Positions 49,901 to 55,414 of a DNA stretch of 55,414 nucleotides are shown here, piece by piece (position 1 is the stretch's first letter; each line of letters opens with the position of its first letter). This stretch comes from Catajapyx aquilonaris (Eukaryota). The position numbers and the translations under genes are program-made. Where the stretch lies: contig KZ538138.1 in the NCBI GenBank assembly GCA_000934665.2, positions 62,001 through 117,414 on the forward strand. Direction: 5' to 3'. Below the pieces are notes generated by a model. That model did no database searches, was not told where the DNA came from, and worked only from the letters and a program-made list of their open reading frames with translations.

Positions 49901-52900
49901 GCACTTCTAGGCAATCCCATTATCTCCCCATGTCTGCCAACCGCCAATCATTTCCCCTGCCATTCACTTGCCAAGAAGTACAGACCGAGTCAATCACCCC
50001 CAAGGTACTAAGGCCTCCTAGTGGCGACTCTGCACAATTTTATTTACTCTGCACCGCTCGCCCTCTGTAACTAAATTTTGGTTTCGTGTTCACTTGCCGT
50101 ATGCATGCATCCTTAATTTAATCTAATGCGCTTTGCTGTTGGGAAAACAGTACCGGAGGGCAATAATTACTTCCGCGCCCAGCGAGGGGACATGGTGGTC
50201 AAGTAAGAAGAGAAAATGGGAATTAAGTGGCGCACTCTAGCAATATAGAAATTGTGGAGAGCAAGTTCTGCGACCTGTATCGCTTTGGTTCATTGAGCCA
50301 AAGGATCCCTGGATCCCGGAGGCAGTTTGGCAAGAGGGAGCCATAGAGGAAGGAAAAAGAGGTCCTTGTGGAGGAAAGACTCCGACGGAGCGTGAAACAG
50401 GCAGGCAGGCGGCACGAAAAGCAAGAACTTTGAGGGGCAGACTTATTTTTTTGCTTCTTAACCCGCATAGCAATGTTGGAACAGGTGATGGCAGTCAAGA
50501 GTACCAGATTCGATGGACAGATACGCTGAAAAAAAAAAAGTTTGTGTGTGTCAACCATAGGTCATTATCAATTCCAGGCTGTCACATGGTGTCAGAAGTG
50601 CTATTCAGTGACAACCACATGTGTAGAGCACAGTGAATCTCTAGTGGGGACGTTCTGACTCGTTTTCTCTCAACTTCATGTGCATCCCCAAGAGGATGTA
50701 CACGTAGTAAGTCAGGAGTTTCATCCTTCCTTCTAGCTGGGACAAGAATTAGATTAGCGGCCGGAGTGTAAACGCGCGGAGATTGTCCGCGGCTTTATTT
50801 GCGCGAGCCGGGGAGTGTACTTTGTTTATTACACGTTCGTTTCACTTACTCTCCGAAATTCGATTAGTCGCTGGAAGCATACGGAAATAGAAAGTGTCTG
50901 GGCCGCCTTATTGCTCGCAATTTCCCATGAGGGAGACAAAATCGGGTCTGATCTGCAAGTGGAGACAGGCGATAATAACGGCGGAATGGGACACGGAAGA
51001 AGGAATTAGAGCTGGGGGTACTCAAAAGTCGAGTGCATTTGGAGTGGTGTGTGTGTAGGTGTGTGTAGAGCCGAGATTGGGTGGGGTGTCGTGCATGCAT
51101 GCATGTATGCATGTTTAGGGAAGGGGAAGATGGCGCACGCTACCTGCTAGCTTCATTGCTCGGCTGCAATCAAAAGCAAGTCCGAAGTGAAGTGCTGGGC
51201 AATGAAGGGACTCCTCTTTTATGACCCTCTTCACACGCCATGGTCGTCCTCCCGTAAACCTTCTTGGCCTCTGTTGTGCTCAGCCTTTGCATGAAGGTGT
51301 GGCTCGTGTATCCAAGAAGATATAGCCTCGACCCAGTGTGATTACACACCTTCAAGCCTCCTTCCAGCCCACATCTTGTGGGTGTCTCAATATCCCTGCC
51401 TGATATTTCCTAACGACGTGGCTCGTTGTGCGTTGAAATTGAGTGTCTCGTTGGCAATGCAGCCCAAGGCCTCTCACCTGGATGATTTGCAGTCACTGAA
51501 GGAGAAAATGTGAGAAGAACCTTTGCGAGATGTTTGCGCCTTCAAGTTGGAAAACAACGTCAGGCTCTCGTATGAAGGAGCAAACTCAATAAATGACGTA
51601 GCTTCACGGTTAGTAGTTATTGTAAGCCGATCTCAACGCCAGGCTTTTAGAGCCTCACTAGCAATTGGTTCATTCTGCAGACATGCTCTCCTAAAATGGC
51701 GGTATCAATTTCTCCGAGGTTAGGTGAAGCGGAGAGACCTGTGCATTGTACTAGTGCAGTGTTTTTCAGCAGGTGTGGTAAGTTTCCAGATCGTGTTTTT
51801 ATTGAATTGGCTCGACCAGCGCGTGTTGTAGAGTGACTTTGAAAGATGGATTCACACCTGGGGGTGGACCTTGACTGATTTTGAAAGCATTGGCTTCGCA
51901 GCATGGTTTCGCTCCGAATGAGGAAAAAATTCCATCGGACTTATTTGTCCATTAACTACCCTGTACATTGTGCAAAGGCAAATCATGAGTATAATATCTA
52001 ACAAGTTGACGGGCCAATAACTCGTAGGCATTTCTTCAATACTGCTTATATCGTAATGAAGAGGAAGTCCCTCATGAATAATAAGTAGTCGTGGCTAAAA
52101 ATCGAAATGCATGAAATAGTGATGATCCGGGTACCGTGCCCATACACCGTTCTCTCTGGATTTGTATGATCTTGGTACCAGGTAGCTGACCCTGTGGGAG
52201 CATGAAGGGCGCCCCCTTGGTCCACTTGGGCATGCACTATTCATGTGTGCCTAGGCCGGAAGTCTGGCCGAATGACTCATATGAATCAATAGGGAGGAAA
52301 TGGACGGACAGACAAGACCGGGCTCGATCTCTCGGAAACATTTCCCTGAGGGGTTATGAATGAGGTCCGGGCAGGTTGCGGCTAAATGGACACGGCGGAT
52401 AGAAGCATCTGCTGGGAGCTCCCGGTTTTATACGGACTGTAAAGGAATTGAGGGCGGCGGATAGGGTTGAGGAAGAGACGCGGACAAAGTGGAGTTGGAA
52501 AAGGGAAGAGGGTCGTTTGGGGCATTAGAAAGCCTGGGCATTGGTCCCTCGAGCCCTTTGGCCAGCCCTGATTTTACGAGGCTGTTGCAAATCGAGAAGC
52601 GGGAAGAATTTGGCGTTTGGGTTTGGGAACGCATTCGTTTCCTAGTAATGGCCGCATCAGGATGGGGGTCGAGTTGGGAGCAGACATGGAGCTTCTTTTC
52701 ATTTGTTCTTCTTCTTCTTCTTGTGCTGGTTGCTGCTTCTCTCTCCCGGGCGATTTGTTCCGGGAGAAGAGAGGCGGCTGGGAAATGATGGCTGTTGCTG
52801 TCTCGGACGGCCCACTCCATTCGCTTGTATACACCTCTCTCCTGGGGCCCTCGGAACTGCTACTTGGCTTCTTTTTGGACACATCCATTCCTCTGCTGGG

Positions 52901-55414
52901 CCTAGTCCAACTGGGCACGAGTCCTGATGCTGCAACAACGCAGGGTCAACTCGTCCCAGCCACTGCGGCATGGACAAGCGCATTCATCCGGTGCGCTCAT
53001 CCCCGGTGTCCGGGTCAGCCTGCATCACAGACAGGTCAACCCGCACCCGCTTCATTATTCACGGTTTTCACTCAAAGTCCATCAGCTTAGTTCGCACAGG
53101 ACGAAATATTGTGCAGGATACTAACTTGAATGTCACATCATTGTACTATAGGAACTAGATCATTGAAAATGAACACCATGCAGCAATGTAAGCAGGATCA
53201 TCCTTGTTCGGTTTTCAATCAAGTGTGTAGGGCAGACCGCGTGTATCCGATGACCTCATCCGGTCTCACCGCGAGGGTCAACCAGAAGCCCCGCTTGATC
53301 AAAGCGGTTTGCAATCAATTCTTGGCTCGAGTTGGGATTGACGACGACCGAAATGAAGGGCTTGAAGGGATTATGCCCGGTCTTGAGGGCAGCCCCAAAG
53401 CGGATTGGGAAGAATGATCATCAAGAAGACGAGACCAGGGCCAGTCCTTCCCTCCCACCCGGCCTCTTCCTCCCTTACCCCTCAGAAGTGGTGTGTTGAC
53501 AGCCATCCGAGCGCGATGAGGCGATTATCAGCGACTATCCCGTGCTAAATGCTGCTTGCGAATTGCTCGCGAGTCATTTCGAGATCGCCATCTCTATGGA
53601 ACCGACTGCCTGGAGTTACTCAAGGACATGGCAGAGAGAGAGGGGGTTGTAAAAATAAAGAGAGTCTCTTTAGAGCTGTGAGCATGTGCCGCGGAGCGTG
53701 TGAGTGGATTTAGCCCACTTTTATCTGACATGAGAGGCATTCTATGATCGTAATAACGTATAAGTACTGCCGTGATTAGCAGGCTCTAGTCGACAAAAGG
53801 AAAATAATTGGTGCCGTCGGTGGATAGATGGCGGGAGGGATCGGCTTTACTGGCGCTCGATTCAAACTTGGAGAAAGCGGGAAGGTCGGACAAAACGCGG
53901 ACACACTGGTTGCGGCCCGACGGTTCGTGTGTGTGGGTAATTAGGCGGCGAGTGAGTTCATGCACATTCATGCGTGGCCCATTAAGGCTGCTGTCACCGC
54001 AGTGTACCGCTGCGCCGCAAGAAACGCTGCCGATTAATTACGGCCTATTGTTTCTCCCACCCTCTAATTGGGCTCCGATTATGCCGCAAATGCAGCTCGT
54101 AATAGAGCCAGAAGATAACTCATCTGGACAGCTATTTTTCATCGGTGCCGCTCCAATCATTATTGCAGTGTTTCTAGTGAAATTAGCCAGATCAGTCTTG
54201 GAGCGAGAAATCGGTCGTAGTAGCGAGAGCGAAAAGGCAAGTCTCGCGAACTTCGGAATGCACCTTTAGCGAGACCGTTCCAATCCATCAAGGCTCCACG
54301 GTTATGGCCCATGATATATTGAAATGGATGAGTCTCGCATCCGGATAATGTTCCCTGACCTCTCAAATTGCCATTATTTTATGCAACATTAGAGTAGTGC
54401 TGCATCATGCAAATTGTTAATAATTTATTTAGTTTGTAATGGTTTCGCGATTAGTTGTTTATTAATGGGTAACGAGGGACGATCAGGTTCAAATGCGAGC
54501 CCCCACGCTTTATTAAATGCCCTCACAATTTACATAATTTCCAATTGGGCTAATATTTATAATGGGATTGCAGCGGCGGGGAGTCCAGCAGTCCTCGGGC
54601 TTAATGCCCGTATTGTGTACAGGGTGTGACACCAGGTGACGATCGGTAACGCAGTCTCCTTAATAGGATGTAAGTCGCGCCTCGGCTTGTTTCGTCCCGT
54701 TGCCTCAACACCAGGAAGGCAGGCTAGAAGCGCGCTTAATTCAATCTGAGCCGCGACTTTGCTCGAGATTCCTCTCTCTTACCGCTCTGCTTTGCCTATA
54801 ATAGAATTCCGAACACAATTTAGGGAGACAATTGAAAAGGACTCCTGCCCCCTTGTACTCGAATCACTCTTAATTAACCAGCTGGAATAAGACTGTCTTT
54901 CTTTTTTCGGGGTTTCTTGTAGGTAGAAGGGGGAGGGGTGAGAAGGGGGTGGGGCAGGACTTGGCGCAACTCTATCGATCTGAGGCCCAAGAAAAGCCCT
55001 CCCCTTTCCTTCTCCTCCTCCTTTCCCTCCCCGTTTTATTCCACGACCTGCTCCTTTCCCTGAATCCATTCCGCAGTAGCTCCACACATTTCGCTACTCG
55101 TGAAACGTTTCCCGACTTTTTCCCGCTGTTTATTTTTCTGGGTCTCCGGAGAAGGGTTTTGAGGAAGGGGGGGGTTTGGGGTGGGACGAGAGGATTTCCT
55201 CAGATTCTGTTTGGCCATTCTAATTCCTGGGCTGTTCATGGGATGAACCAACCAGTCCTATACTCGCCCGCCGAGTTATCAACTTTACGAGTCTTCTCCT
55301 CCCGGCGTACTTGATTACCTCTTCCTCGTTCGCTACACCAAGAAGCCGCACTAGCTCTTTGACTCTGCAATCGATGCCCATGTTTCCAGTTAAACCCGAG
55401 GAGGAAGGAACTGC

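Noticed and set aside
1..55414. Conserved microRNA or paired-box exon in the window
   Set aside because: I looked by eye for common bilaterian miRNA sequences and for a paired-box exon after the phase-1 candidate exons and saw none. An Infernal/Rfam and BLASTX search is needed to exclude them properly.

Overview
This reads as non-coding animal (probably invertebrate) genomic DNA, not prokaryotic sequence. I see no convincing long protein-coding gene, operon, CRISPR array or rRNA. The ORF track is short spurious ORFs, several of them translated tandem repeats. The clearest features are non-autonomous transposons, often nested: hAT-type MITEs with 8-bp TSDs, Tc1/mariner-type MITEs with TA TSDs, piggyBac-type MITEs with TTAA TSDs, and a tRNA-Gly(GCC)-derived SINE with a 13-bp TSD. 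There are also minisatellites, a (TAA)23 microsatellite and N gaps beside poly-G/C tracts. The most unusual structure is a modular set of foldback elements at 394-912 and 7190-8097. The same ~365-bp palindromic module sits inside two unrelated outer stems, and in the second locus it lies in tandem with a second palindromic module. The modules share a CCWGACC boundary motif, and the second locus has a 6-bp flanking direct repeat. This suggests, by inference only, site-specific cassette-like nesting of Crypton-like (tyrosine recombinase) elements. The unique sequence between repeats is rich in TAAT/TAATTA motifs. It holds two plausible plus-strand 5' exons (ending at 21872, and 39918-39999), consistent with the upstream region and long first introns of an unidentified gene. 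All calls are by eye, with no database search.
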